This document shows, in pieces, positions 25,570-36,380 of a DNA stretch of 64,000 nt. Every line of letters begins with the position of its first letter. Position 1 is the first letter of the stretch. This DNA comes from a virus. A model generated the notes under the pieces. It made no database searches and was not told the DNA's origin. It saw nothing but the letters and a program-made list of their open reading frames with translations. The stretch lies in IMG/VR virus record IMGVR_UViG_3300022562_001240. One strand, written 5' to 3'. A program made the position numbers and the translations under genes.

Positions 25570-26109
25570 TCACTTTTCGGGGAAGGTTGGGACGATACCG
25601 AAGTAAAACTTCCCGATCTTCCAGATCTTGCCTCGAACGTGCGGAGTCTCATCGTCCCGGAACCAGTTGGCGTTGAGGCCGTTCGTTCCTTCGATCAGAC
25701 ACAACAGCGGACGACCGAAGCTGATCAGCCACGTCTTCATCGTGCTGTAGTCGATGCTGCTGGGCATTCCGGGGAAGTGAGGATGCGTGTGATAGAAACC
25801 GATCACATCACCATGTGAGGTTTCACGATCATCGATCACCTTCCAGTTGAAGTTGACGGAACCGGGCGTACCTTCAGCGTCGTCGTTGAGGCTGCGTGCC
25901 CACCAGTAACGACCAAAGATTTGCCCGACAAGGCCGTGATAGACCTCGTTGTCGTTCTCGATGATGTTGTCTTCAACTTCTAAGGCTTCCATGTCGATCT
26001 CCTCATCGTCTCGTGTGCAATAGATGCAACCATTGTCGCCCCATGTGAACTCTTCACCCACATAAGTTCCACAGACCTTACATCGGCCCGGCTCTTGTAA
26101 TAGCTGCAT
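25570..26109 (-). CDS. JAMM/MPN+ metallopeptidase with an N-terminal zinc ribbon (second copy)
   Basis: motif FYHTHPHFPGMPSSID fits HxHx7Sx2D; N-terminal CKVCG...CIYC. Confidence 0.75.
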   Translation of the reverse strand: MQLLQEPGRCKVCGTYVGEEFTWGDNGCIYCTRDDEEIDMEALEVEDNIIENDNEVYHGLVGQIFGRYWWARSLNDDAEGTPGSVNFNWKVIDDRETSHGDVIGFYHTHPHFPGMPSSIDYSTMKTWLISFGRPLLCLIEGTNGLNANWFRDDETPHVRGKIWKIGKFYFGIVPTFPEK

Positions 26110-26190
26110 GTCAAACCTCTAAACGAAAACACGGGATGCCCTTCAACCGAAAGACACCCCGTGTTCAATTCGTTCGGTATGGAATCAGTT

Positions 26191-27054
26191 TTACCACACC
26201 ACCAATTGTCCCCGGCGTTGTCCTTCACGAACCACACCAACCAAGCTCTGCAAGTCGAACTCGCTATCGTGCTTTTTGCCGGTGCGGTGGTCGGTCAAAC
26301 AGATGCCAGCGGCACCATCCATGATCGACAGCGTTTCGCTGTCCACCACAGGGCGAATGACTCGACCATCCACTTCCATTTCAACTGTGAACGTGTTGCC
26401 ACGCTCAATGTATCCACGAAGAATGGCTCCACCACGCTCTACCGCCTTGCGGAGACGTTCTTCCTTGCGATCCTTCTTCGATTCGATTTCGACATCGAAG
26501 CCGATGGCGTAGGCCAATCGTTCCTCGAACGTCGAACCTTCGATGTTGAGATCGTTCGGTTCTGTCTCCTCTCGCAAAGCGTCACGCATCGCTTGTGCGA
26601 CTCGTGGGCTGCGGTTCGTGTTTTTGGACTCAAACCAGAAGTTCACGCCGTCGAATCGAACGTCGATGGCATCGAAGACCTGAACTTCATAGGGAAGCAG
26701 AATCGGGATTTGCCCTTTCACTTCCAACCGTGTGTCACTGCGATTCGCCAAGATGCCACGCACACCATCATCGTTACGCTGGCAGACGATCACCGAGAAC
26801 TTGGGATACAGGGCCAGATACTCCATCTTCTGCTTCATCGTCGGTTCTTCGACGAAGCGTGCAGTCTTGTTGTTGGCCTTGCCGTACATCTTGAAGATGC
26901 CCCAGCCCTCGAAGTCCTTGGGCCGTACCTTCAGGGTGAGAACGACTCCCTCAATTCGCACACGGATCGGCATCCCCCGCAGCACTGGGCTGAGGAAGCG
27001 TGACTCGAAGAATTCCTCTTCGGCTGCCGCCAGTTTGTCGAATAGTGAAGTCAT
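26191..27054 (-). CDS. hypothetical protein (287 aa)
   Basis: conserved-looking ORF in the same minus-strand operon. Confidence 0.55.
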   Translation of the reverse strand: MTSLFDKLAAAEEEFFESRFLSPVLRGMPIRVRIEGVVLTLKVRPKDFEGWGIFKMYGKANNKTARFVEEPTMKQKMEYLALYPKFSVIVCQRNDDGVRGILANRSDTRLEVKGQIPILLPYEVQVFDAIDVRFDGVNFWFESKNTNRSPRVAQAMRDALREETEPNDLNIEGSTFEERLAYAIGFDVEIESKKDRKEERLRKAVERGGAILRGYIERGNTFTVEMEVDGRVIRPVVDSETLSIMDGAAGICLTDHRTGKKHDSEFDLQSLVGVVREGQRRGQLVVW

Positions 27055-27066
27055 CTCAATTCCCTT

Positions 27067-27417
27067 TCAGTAACCCAGTTGTTGTTCCTCTTCTGCTGGC
27101 TTGGTCTGGTCAGCCAGCATTTGAACCTCAGTTCCTCGGTCGTACCCAGCGTGCCAGACCTGCTGGTAACGATCTTTGTTTTCGATGGCATCCAGAACCC
27201 CGGCGACGAACGATTGTGTCTGGATGGCGATGTTCTTGTCCTTCTCCTGTTGGAGTGCGTACATCAGGTCACGCACCTGATCGTTCTCGATTTGCCTCGC
27301 CTTCTCACTCAACTCGACAGTCTGTTTCAGCGTCTCGACCTTGTGGGTGCTGTAGAGGTACATGTGGCCGGTGAGGGTCATTGCACAGACAGCGATGATC
27401 CAAGGCAAACCTTTCAT
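27067..27417 (-). CDS. membrane-anchored coiled-coil protein
   Basis: N-terminal transmembrane helix LPWIIAVCAMTL then heptad-like charged sequence. Confidence 0.45.
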   Translation of the reverse strand: MKGLPWIIAVCAMTLTGHMYLYSTHKVETLKQTVELSEKARQIENDQVRDLMYALQQEKDKNIAIQTQSFVAGVLDAIENKDRYQQVWHAGYDRGTEVQMLADQTKPAEEEQQLGY

Positions 27418-27842
27418 ACTCCGTCTCCTTACTAGGGGTGAACTCCAAAAGCAAGTCGTTGAGGTGTGCTGTTACGCCAAAGGCTCCAAGGGCATGTACG
27501 GAAGCATTGCAAGGCTCTCAGACCCGATTCATCCTTCCTCACTTAACTGCGCCTTCCTCTCGTACCAACGCAGCATACTCCCGTTGTCTGACTTGGCACA
27601 CTCTGATTCGAATAGGAGAGTCGAAAGCTTCGTTGGTACGGTCAACCTTCCTACCGTCGCATGTGCTGTCCTTTCCCTGTGGTTACTCGTGGCCCTGTCG
27701 GGCTCGCAGGTCAGTCGCCAACTGTCATTTTGCCACGATGCAACTTGGGTCGCTGGGTTGGCTCTTCCCAGACGGTTCCCTTCCACTCGCCACTCCTTAG
27801 ATGATGGCTGCTTTCAAGCCAACATTCCTACAACGACTTGTA

Positions 27843-28121
27843 TCAAAAGGCGGCGATGCCTTGTACTTTGGTGATCTCGCCGCCGACAACTTCTCCTGTC
27901 TCTTCTTCAGCGATCATCTTCAGCCGCTTGATGGCCTCTTCGGCAGTGATGATGTCGTCCTGTCCCGTGACTTTCTGTTCTTCGATTCCGATCAGGACAG
28001 CGACATACACTTTACCCTTTGGAGGCTTGTGTGTCACCTTACAACGAGGGTCCATCCCGACATTTTGGATGCTGGTCAGCCGTATTCGGCTTCCAACAAA
28101 GAGATCGCTTTCCATGGGCAT
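27843..28121 (-). CDS. candidate ubiquitin-like protein precursor (81 aa to an internal GG, then an 11-aa extension)
   Basis: ...EETGEVVGG|EITKVQGIAAF; lies between the JAMM/E1 cassette and the TROVE gene; overlapping plus-strand ORFs look like antisense artefacts. Confidence 0.3.
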   Translation of the reverse strand: MPMESDLFVGSRIRLTSIQNVGMDPRCKVTHKPPKGKVYVAVLIGIEEQKVTGQDDIITAEEAIKRLKMIAEEETGEVVGGEITKVQGIAAF

Positions 28122-28170
28122 GTTCCAAAAAGCACTCGGCCCCGGTGAAGGGGCCGAGTGGAAACTTTCG

Positions 28171-29757
<1,587 letters not shown>

Positions 29758-29760
29758 TCA

Positions 29761-29803
29761 GAAACAAAAAAGGGGAAGTCCACACATCGTGTATGGCTTC
29801 CCC
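29761..29803 (-). terminator. intrinsic terminator ending the 30.8-29.8 kb tRNA transcript
   Basis: 7-bp stem ggggaag/cttcccc followed on the minus strand by TTTTTTTGTTTC. Confidence 0.6.
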
Positions 29804-29843
29804 GGTGTAAGATTTCCCACTCAAGTCGAAGGACCGTTACAGG

Positions 29844-29916
29844 TAAACATCACGGGATTCGAACCCGTGACCTTCAGTTCCTTAAACTGATGCTCAACCA
29901 ACTGAGCTAGATGTTT
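29844..29916 (-). tRNA. class-I-shaped tRNA with anticodon AAG (Leu codon CUU)
   Basis: acceptor AAACATC/GATGTTT perfect, D-arm GCTC/GAGC, anticodon arm TCAGT-TTAAGGA-ACTGA, T-arm ACGGG-TTCGAAT-CCCGT; short variable loop. Confidence 0.55.
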
Positions 29917-29946
29917 GTATGATCCGTCAGTAGGGAGTGGGAAAAG

Positions 29947-30075
29947 TGCCGGGGGTGGGAATCGAACCCACGTCAAACGTCGAAAACACGTTCTTCATCC
30001 AGTTTGTATGCTTCACGGGTCGGGGACGGATCGAAACCCGTCCAAGTCTGCCAAGCAAGGTCGCTAAACCCCGGC
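29947..30075 (-). tRNA. interrupted tRNA (anticodon TTT-like) carrying the conserved insert in the D region
   Basis: acceptor GCCGGGG/CCCCGGC; 3' half AACGT-GTTTTCG-ACGTT, GTGGG-TTCGATT-CCCAC; insert hairpin GGACGGG-UUUCGAU-CCGUCC. Confidence 0.5.
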
Positions 30076-30134
30076 TTGTGATGATCCACTTACACGGGCA
30101 AGCCCGTTTATCGCAGAGGGCAGAGGTGTTCGGT

Positions 30135-30306
30135 TAGCCGTTGCCGAAGACAGCCTGCGGACGCAGGGTAATGTCACCGGTTTCGGCGTTCTTGTCAATC
30201 GCAAACTGCGCCAACTTCGCAGGCGGGGCCTCCAAGTGGCGAGCCACAGCCTGTCGGACTTCTGCTTCCGATGACAGTTCGCCGATGTCGAGATCGTTGA
30301 ACGTCA
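30135..30306 (-). CDS. small beta-grasp-like ORF (possible GTG start; reading frame stays open upstream to ~30384 with no ATG)
   Basis: my own translation: ...VHIRYEGHSYDVTFNDLDIGELSSEAEVRQAVARHLEAPPAKLAQFAIDKNAETGDITLRPQAVFGNG*; the overlapping track ORF 30195..30548 in another frame is Arg-rich junk. Confidence 0.25.
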
Positions 30307-30559
30307 CGTCGTAAGAGTGTCCTTCGTATCGGATGTGTACCTGTGCCTCCTCTCTTTCCTGAGTGATCTCCAGTTTGTTGTGTCATCTGCCAGCATTGTA
30401 TGGCAGGTTTTGGAAGTGGTTTAACCAGCATTCCAAATTTTGTATCCGGTTCCAGAGTCGCCTTCTTTCCTCTGGTATCAGTCACCGTTCGCAATGCAAC
30501 GGACTGCCGTTCAAACCGAATCTCTTGTAATGTGTCCGCCCAAGTCAAAGGACCGTTTC

Positions 30560-30630
30560 GATAAACAGTTGGAATCGAACCAACGGTTCAAGCTTGGAGT
30601 GCTTGCGTGCTACCATTGCACAATGTTTGT
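30560..30630 (-). tRNA. tRNA-Gly(TCC)-like with C at position 33
   Basis: acceptor ACAAACA/TGTTTAT 6/7, D-arm GTGC/GCAC, anticodon arm CAAGC-ACTCCAA-GCTTG, T-arm GTTGG-TTCGATT-CCAAC. Confidence 0.5.
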
Positions 30631-30657
30631 ATGATCCCTTCGTGGGGGGCGGACAAG

Positions 30658-30791
30658 TGGCGAAGGCTGGAGTCGAACCAGCATAGCGTCATTATGAGTG
30701 ACGGGTAAACCGATTGTTTGTAGGCTTCACATGTAGGGGACAGACCGAGGCCCGTCCAAGTTTGCCAAGCGTGAAACTGTTGCTTCTTCGC
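30658..30791 (-). tRNA. interrupted tRNA-Met(CAT)-like carrying the conserved insert
   Basis: acceptor GGCGAAG/CTTCGCC; 3' half CGTCA-CTCATAA-TGACG, GCTGG-TTCGACT-CCAGC; insert hairpin GGACGGGCC-UCG-GUCUGUCC. Confidence 0.55.
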
Positions 30792-30807
30792 CGTATTGTC
30801 GCCAGAG

Positions 30808-31011
30808 TCAAACGACTCTGACATTTTCGGCTCGGGGGCCTTTGTCCCCTTTGCCAACTTCGAACTCGACAGTCTGCCCTTCAACCAGATCGTTGAAGTC
30901 AACGCCCTTGTCCAGAGCAGACATGTGGAAAAACAAATCCTTGCTCTCTCCCTCTCGGGAGATGAAGCCGAAGCCTTTTTCCATTAGCTTCTTGATGGTG
31001 CCTTTGGGCAT
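30808..31011 (-). CDS. cspA: cold-shock protein (CspA family)
   Basis: MPKGTIKKLMEKGFGFISREGESKDLFFHMSALD... carries RNP-1/RNP-2-type motifs; ORF trimmed to the MPKG start. Confidence 0.75.
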   Translation of the reverse strand: MPKGTIKKLMEKGFGFISREGESKDLFFHMSALDKGVDFNDLVEGQTVEFEVGKGDKGPRAENVRVV

Positions 31012-31061
31012 CCTGTCCTCACGTTTCCTGTAGCGGATTAAAAAATAACCATCCAAGTTTA

Positions 31062-31082
31062 TGCAGCAGGTGCCCGGCACTC
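31062..31082 (-). promoter_or_regulatory. stable hairpin in the csp 5' leader (gcccggc-actcatg-gccgggc)
   Basis: 7-bp GC stem ~50 nt upstream of the csp start. Confidence 0.3.
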
Positions 31083-31141
31083 ATGGCCGGGCCAAACTTC
31101 CGAAGATGTTTGTAAGCTCCATAGGTTGGAGATGGTCGAAG

Positions 31142-31269
31142 CGGGGGAGGTAGGATTCGAACCTACAATCTTCACTTTTCAAGAGTGATGCTGTTTGTAT
31201 GCTTTATCTTGTGGGGGGCATCGCAAGATGCCCAAGTCAGAAAAGCGGAAGCCGTTTAGCTTCTCCCCC
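31142..31269 (-). tRNA. interrupted class-I-shaped tRNA with anticodon TGA (Ser codon UCA) carrying the conserved insert
   Basis: acceptor GGGGGAG/CTCCCCC; 3' half TCACT-CTTGAAA-AGTGA, GTAGG-TTCGAAT-CCTAC; insert hairpin GGGCATC-UUGC-GAUGCCC; paralogous to 8181..8311. Confidence 0.5.
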
Positions 31270-31406
31270 AGTTGTCAGGAAAGGTTATATAGTAACCTCC
31301 GTTTCGTTTCAATAGCAGTTCGGAAATTTTTCCTGTGACGTTCTTAATGACGCAGGACGGCTCGAAAAGGTTCACCGATTTCTTAGGAATTTTTCGGACT
31401 GAAAAA

Positions 31407-31847
31407 TCAAGCCGCCATTCGTCTTTGCCATCGGCGTCGAAAATCAGTCCATGAACGGGTCCGCTCTTCATCCATGTCAGACCACGCCACTTCTAAGGCC
31501 AAGCAGATTTGCTGCTCCCACTCAGCCAACATTTCAGGCGTAACCCGAGGATCGTCCTTGAGCAAACATCCGTCTCCATCATAGAAACGGAAACACGCTG
31601 CCTTCCACTTCCCTCCCATAAGTTCTGAGAAGAGGAAGTCGCCAATGGACCGATACCGATCCATGTCCTTGCGACCAGTGACGTACTTCAACGCCTTCTG
31701 ATACTCGGTGTCCTCCAGCATCTTGTAGACGGCGGGGAACACGGATTCGTCAACGACAGGCTGGGTCAGCGTCATGACCAGCCTCGGGGTCAGGCTCATT
31801 CCGAACATGACTGTCTCCTTAGACACGGGGTGATGATTGAGGTTCAC
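31407..31847 (-). CDS. hypothetical protein (146 aa)
   Basis: ORF; real start may be the internal Met MFGMSLT. Confidence 0.45.
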   Translation of the reverse strand: MNLNHHPVSKETVMFGMSLTPRLVMTLTQPVVDESVFPAVYKMLEDTEYQKALKYVTGRKDMDRYRSIGDFLFSELMGGKWKAACFRFYDGDGCLLKDDPRVTPEMLAEWEQQICLALEVAWSDMDEERTRSWTDFRRRWQRRMAA

Positions 31848-32155
31848 CTCCCTCTATGGAAATTCCGTGCCAATCCTGAAATTTCGCTTTTCCCCGGTGT
31901 TTTTGAGCCCTGTTTTTCGGGATGCAATCGGTTCAGATCGTTTTGCAATCGCTTCCGATAGCCGCCAAATGGCGAAATTCGACGCCAAATGGCGTGAATT
32001 TCCAACCAAACAGTTTGATTGGCCCACGGACCAATCGTTCTGGGTTTCGGAACCGACGTTCCGGTCGGCACACACCGACGTTTGTGTCGAACACAAATTT
32101 GTTTGTGGACAGGAGAAGGAGTCTTGTGGGATACATACGAGTAGGAGGAAATACT

Positions 32156-33103
32156 ATGAGCCGTATGCTTTTTGCCATCGCTCTCCTGCTTGGAGCGGGA
32201 TTGCTTGGCTGCCACAAGAAACCAGAACCGATTTCGTACCACCACTACGACCAACAGCCCACCTATGGGCAAATCGTAGAACCCACTTCCAGTGAGTACA
32301 TCGGGAAAGTACGCATCAACGACACTGTGACCGTTCGACTTTTGGTCCTCAAACATTGTCCTGATGACATTGCCGACGTTGACGCCAGCCAAGCCGTGGA
32401 AGCGGCCAAGGTGGCGCAGTCGAGGGGACTCACCATCCAAATCATCGGAAACTACCATGTGGACAAACAGGGGAAGACCGACAGCATGGCATGGGGAGCC
32501 AAATACAGTCTTGATGATCTCGAAGGATTGAAGAATTTCATCAGTGAGCAGATGAAGATCGACGCCGTATATGGCGACACCTTCATCGTTTACACCATCG
32601 GCCATGGAAGCGGCAGCGGAAGCATCATGCGTCTCGGGCAAAGAGAGCCCGTGATGAAGGCCATCGCACAAGCCGCTGAAGAGAACGATCAAGAGACGTT
32701 GTGGTGGCAACTCAGTTGTCACGCTGCGGCCAATCTGCCGCCCGTCACCGTCTTGAACGAAAGACAACAAGAACTCTTCTCGATGACGGCATCTTCGCCA
32801 GCCAACGAGTTGAGCTACTTCAACACACAAGGAAAGCAGTTCGCCGCCATGTTCAACGCACTGGCCGAGCGAAGTAAAGAAATCGACCCAAATCAGGACG
32901 ATATCGTCACCTGCAAAGAACTGAGCGATTTCCTCAGTGCAAAATTTGGAGAGACGAGAGGGAAACTGGTCTTCGCCCGGTCGCCAGACGAACCAATTTT
33001 TGGATTGACCGGAGGGTTGGCAAACGCCATCCCCATCAAGGATCATAACAATCCGCAAGGCGAATACCCAAGAAACTACATCCCATTCCCGAAGCGAAAC
33101 TAG
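32156..33103 (+). CDS. lipoprotein with a caspase/metacaspase-like His-Cys dyad
   Basis: trimmed to Met MSRM (RBS gtaggagga); lipobox LLGAGLLGC; YTIGHGSG ... QLSCHAA resembles the metacaspase HG/DxCHSG motifs; C-terminal tail paralogous to 18652..19434. Confidence 0.55.
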   Translation: MSRMLFAIALLLGAGLLGCHKKPEPISYHHYDQQPTYGQIVEPTSSEYIGKVRINDTVTVRLLVLKHCPDDIADVDASQAVEAAKVAQSRGLTIQIIGNYHVDKQGKTDSMAWGAKYSLDDLEGLKNFISEQMKIDAVYGDTFIVYTIGHGSGSGSIMRLGQREPVMKAIAQAAEENDQETLWWQLSCHAAANLPPVTVLNERQQELFSMTASSPANELSYFNTQGKQFAAMFNALAERSKEIDPNQDDIVTCKELSDFLSAKFGETRGKLVFARSPDEPIFGLTGGLANAIPIKDHNNPQGEYPRNYIPFPKRN

Positions 33104-33654
33104 GCTTCGTGCCGCACTGATGGCGGCATGGCTTCCCAGTCGATGATGTGAGGGTCACGCTTTGCGATGATCAGCATCACCAGCCCTTGCATCACGACTT
33201 CGTAGCCCTTGGTAAACAGAATCATCATTCTGGCCGGTCGCTGCTTGTCTACCTCTTCCAGAACCGCCACATGAGCATTTTCCGGGGCCTTCAGGTTAGG
33301 CGTCTTCGAGTATGCGCCGTCCTCATTCTTGAGGTAGGGACAGGTCTCAGCCGCATAGTAGGCACATTCGGGGTGCATCCCCGGATCGACGAAAGCGAAG
33401 TTCTGGGCACACTTATCACCGCCAATGAAAGCGATCCACTGCTCGCCACGAAGGCTTTGTCCGCAGACTCCGCACTTCTGGTTCATGATGCAGTCTAGCA
33501 CCTTTTCCTGATCGATAGCTTGGAAGTTCGGCACTCCCTTGTCATCGATCAGTGTGGTGTAAGGGATAATGTATCCCTTGTACTCCGGGCGATATCGCCA
33601 TCTTCGTCGCTCGACAAAGGACACCGCTCGGCGGATCTTCTTTCGCTTTCTCAT
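33100..33654 (-). CDS. hypothetical Cys-rich protein
   Basis: CGVCGQ...CAQNF...HPECAYYAAETCPYL. Confidence 0.5.
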   Translation of the reverse strand: MRKRKKIRRAVSFVERRRWRYRPEYKGYIIPYTTLIDDKGVPNFQAIDQEKVLDCIMNQKCGVCGQSLRGEQWIAFIGGDKCAQNFAFVDPGMHPECAYYAAETCPYLKNEDGAYSKTPNLKAPENAHVAVLEEVDKQRPARMMILFTKGYEVVMQGLVMLIIAKRDPHIIDWEAMPPSVRHEA

Positions 33655-34016
33655 GATGTCTCCCTGAAGAGCCTGCCTTGGTGGTTAATGAGGAAGTTCG
33701 GTCCTGCTTCACGATTGACTTGGGTGAACCCAAGACTCAACAACTTCCGTTGAAACCGCAGTTCGTGAGCATTTTCGACATAAATCGCCATGTGGCGTTG
33801 TCGCAACTTTTGTATCAACTCCGTGAACGCTCCCGAGCCGGGAGTTTCTGCATTCACGGTGGCAATCGTCAAACATGGGTCGCACCAACAGAACACGTCG
33901 TTGATGATGACGCCAATCTTACCACGGCGAACATACAAGTTGTGGAATCCGGGCTGATCCACCCACGCATTGTTCGGCCAGCCGTGCCAATTCTCGATGA
34001 ACTCGTCGAGCGTCAT
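33651..34016 (-). CDS. hypothetical protein (121 aa)
   Basis: ORF. Confidence 0.45.
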   Translation of the reverse strand: MTLDEFIENWHGWPNNAWVDQPGFHNLYVRRGKIGVIINDVFCWCDPCLTIATVNAETPGSGAFTELIQKLRQRHMAIYVENAHELRFQRKLLSLGFTQVNREAGPNFLINHQGRLFRETS

Positions 34017-34438
34017 CAGTCCGGGTCCACAGTGGAAATCTTGGCCTCGCCGTGAGGGATCGCTGGAATCTTCCCATGCAATCTCTCGAACTCGGCATAA
34101 CCGAGCAGTTCGTCATAGGAGAACACATGGAACCCCTGATGTTCTGTGAAAACTATTAACCACTCACCCTGACGCTCCGCTGCATTCTTCGGATCGTGCT
34201 GGGTGGCTGGATCTTTCCACGTCATCAGGAACGCCGAGTGGAAGAAGTACGTCGTTCCCTCTTCATGGATGATCTGAACGGCTCGATTGAACTTGCAATC
34301 GTCGGCTCGCAGGTTTTTGTCGTAATTCTTGGCGACTTCCCATGCTCGCCTCATAGGCTTCCCCATCATTGTATGCCTCATTTCTGTATGGGTTGATGCT
34401 AAATACGGTATGAACTTCAAATTGTGGCTAGAAGCCAA
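34016..34438 (-). CDS. hypothetical protein (140 aa)
   Basis: ORF. Confidence 0.45.
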   Translation of the reverse strand: MASSHNLKFIPYLASTHTEMRHTMMGKPMRRAWEVAKNYDKNLRADDCKFNRAVQIIHEEGTTYFFHSAFLMTWKDPATQHDPKNAAERQGEWLIVFTEHQGFHVFSYDELLGYAEFERLHGKIPAIPHGEAKISTVDPD

Positions 34439-35117
34439 AAAGATATCCGAACCCAGCGATGTCTGGGGTGATGACGACGGCCTTGAGGACGACGAGACAT
34501 ACTATTCCAAGCTCGCCAACCGCTCCGAAGAAATGTTCGGAAGACGCAAAAAGAACGAAGGGATGAAATTCAACGTCGTTCTCAAAGCTCTGGGCCTGCC
34601 ATCGATCCGAACCCAACCAAAACCAATTGGCACGGGGTCTACGGCCAACGTCTACATGCACCCACAGGACCAAACAAAGGTTATCAAAGTCACCGGAGAC
34701 TTTCAAGATGCCCAGCGTTTCGAGAAGCTGCGCCGCAGGAAGTTCCAGCACCCTTGTATCGTCAACTGTTACGCCGTCGTCCAAGTCAACCCAACAGCGA
34801 TGGCGATGATCCTCGACTATGTGCCGGGCAACGTGATGGCCTACGGCAGCATGTTTCCACAACTACTCTTGGGAGACAACTACGAGGACGCAGCAGAAGC
34901 CGCCCAGTCAATCATGTATGGCGGCGAATATGACAAATCGAGAGCCCAAGTCTTTCAGGCTTCAGGGATGCCAGACACAGAAGAAGAAAGAGAGCGATTG
35001 TCGCATCTCTTCGATGCCATTGCTCAACTAGAACGCATGGGGATCATCGTGGCCGACTTCAACGAGAACATCATCGACGCCGGGGATCGCTACGTCATCA
35101 TTGATCTTGGTCAGTAG
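34410..35117 (+). CDS. protein-kinase-like fold protein (atypical)
   Basis: trimmed to Met MNFKLW; VIKVTGD (VAIK-like Lys), HPCIV, IVADFNENIID and VIIDLGQ (DFG-like). Confidence 0.4.
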   Translation: MNFKLWLEAKKISEPSDVWGDDDGLEDDETYYSKLANRSEEMFGRRKKNEGMKFNVVLKALGLPSIRTQPKPIGTGSTANVYMHPQDQTKVIKVTGDFQDAQRFEKLRRRKFQHPCIVNCYAVVQVNPTAMAMILDYVPGNVMAYGSMFPQLLLGDNYEDAAEAAQSIMYGGEYDKSRAQVFQASGMPDTEEERERLSHLFDAIAQLERMGIIVADFNENIIDAGDRYVIIDLGQ

Positions 35118-35823
35118 GCTCGTCTTTGCTATTCAGAACTGTGCGTAGAATGAGTTGGTCATATTCGAGTCGCACTTCATGGTCGTCAAACTGAAAAACC
35201 AATTCCGGCTGATCGACAGCTTCCCGAATTTTCGTCAACAGTTCGTCTGACTGCTCTTCCCCAAAGAAGATGTACCCTTTGGAAGTGATCCGAGCCCGTC
35301 TCATGCAGTAGGGAGATTCGGACAGGCAACTCTCATCCTCAGCATCGAGGCCATAGAGTTCGCACACTTTCTGAACGATTTGCGTTTCCCAGAAATTGAC
35401 GTGATCAAGGTCTTCCTTGTTCTCTGGGAAGACGATCTCTACATCCCCGTTCGGCAGATCGAGGATGTAAATGGGATAGGATGTTATGTCCAGCATCTTG
35501 TTGTGCGCCTCAATCAGATGTTCCGCCACTTCCCTGCTCGGACAGCCCACTACCAATCTTCCACTGGTCGTGATTACACCAAAGTCACCGTGACCCATTC
35601 CTCGATCTTTGAAGCCCAGCTTCCAACGGACATCAAGCATCGATGCCTGCTGTGCGTTGTACTTGTCCACGAGTGCCTGAAGATGAGGAGGGACTTCTTC
35701 GTTCATCTCACAACCCTTTGTCTGGATCATCCACTTGGATGTCGCTGCGACTGATGCCGAAGAAATCTTGGGCGTAACTCCACAACGACCAGTGACCGGG
35801 ACGAGTCGGCAGGATACTGCCAT
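35098..35823 (-). CDS. hypothetical protein
   Basis: ORF. Confidence 0.5.
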   Translation of the reverse strand: MAVSCRLVPVTGRCGVTPKISSASVAATSKWMIQTKGCEMNEEVPPHLQALVDKYNAQQASMLDVRWKLGFKDRGMGHGDFGVITTSGRLVVGCPSREVAEHLIEAHNKMLDITSYPIYILDLPNGDVEIVFPENKEDLDHVNFWETQIVQKVCELYGLDAEDESCLSESPYCMRRARITSKGYIFFGEEQSDELLTKIREAVDQPELVFQFDDHEVRLEYDQLILRTVLNSKDEPTDQDQ

Positions 35824-36076
35824 CGTTCAACTGCACCGTCACCCAGCCATTGTCGGGATTGATCTCCCAACGATAGGTGGCGACGTATTCGCCGTTGACG
35901 AGAACCACCATGCGATCCCGCAGCGGCGACTTCTCTTGCTCGATGGCGTCCTTGACGCTCTCCCAGAACGATGCCTGATCTCGAAGGTCTTGGATTTTGG
36001 TTTCAACGCTCACGGAACATGCTCCAGAATTTCTCGGGACTAAGGTGATCTGCCCTCTTGAACCGCTCCATTGCAT
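35708..36076 (-). CDS. hypothetical protein
   Basis: ORF. Confidence 0.4.
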   Translation of the reverse strand: MQWSGSRGQITLVPRNSGACSVSVETKIQDLRDQASFWESVKDAIEQEKSPLRDRMVVLVNGEYVATYRWEINPDNGWVTVQLNDGSILPTRPGHWSLWSYAQDFFGISRSDIQVDDPDKGL

Positions 36077-36380
36077 CCTTGATCTGTTTCTTCATCACCT
36101 TGGGATCGCCCATTAGAACATCTGCCTTCACCTGCTTCAAGCTGGTTCCGACAAATGCTCCGGTGGTAGCCTCGGCGATGTGCGTCTGACCCGAAGGAGA
36201 CGTGATTTCGTAGACCTGAATCCCATGTCCGACATCGACTGGTTCGTCCACTTCGACCTCGGTGGCGATGGGTGCATTCACGTCACCGCCCATGATGAAA
36301 GGTCTGTACGCCTCCGTCCAGATCGTCAGTTTCATTTGACCCCTTCCTTGACCTTCCGCTCTTTGATCATCTGATCCCAC
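36003..36380 (-). CDS. hypothetical protein
   Basis: ORF. Confidence 0.4.
   Translation of the reverse strand: MGSDDQRAEGQGRGQMKLTIWTEAYRPFIMGGDVNAPIATEVEVDEPVDVGHGIQVYEITSPSGQTHIAEATTGAFVGTSLKQVKADVLMGDPKVMKKQIKDAMERFKRADHLSPEKFWSMFRER

Noticed and set aside
30195-30548. Track ORF (minus) MTWADTLQ...
   Set aside because: Arg/Gly-rich and overlaps a better-behaved frame; treated as an overprinting artefact (see the finding at 30135-30384)
30803-30830. Hairpin cagagtc-aaac-gactctg near the csp stop
   Set aside because: No adjacent U-run on the csp strand, so it cannot be called a terminator with confidence
31844-33058. 404-aa minus-strand ORF
   Set aside because: Antisense to the lipoprotein gene 32156-33103, which has an RBS, a lipobox and a paralogue; the antisense translation is Val/Gly/His-rich with no features
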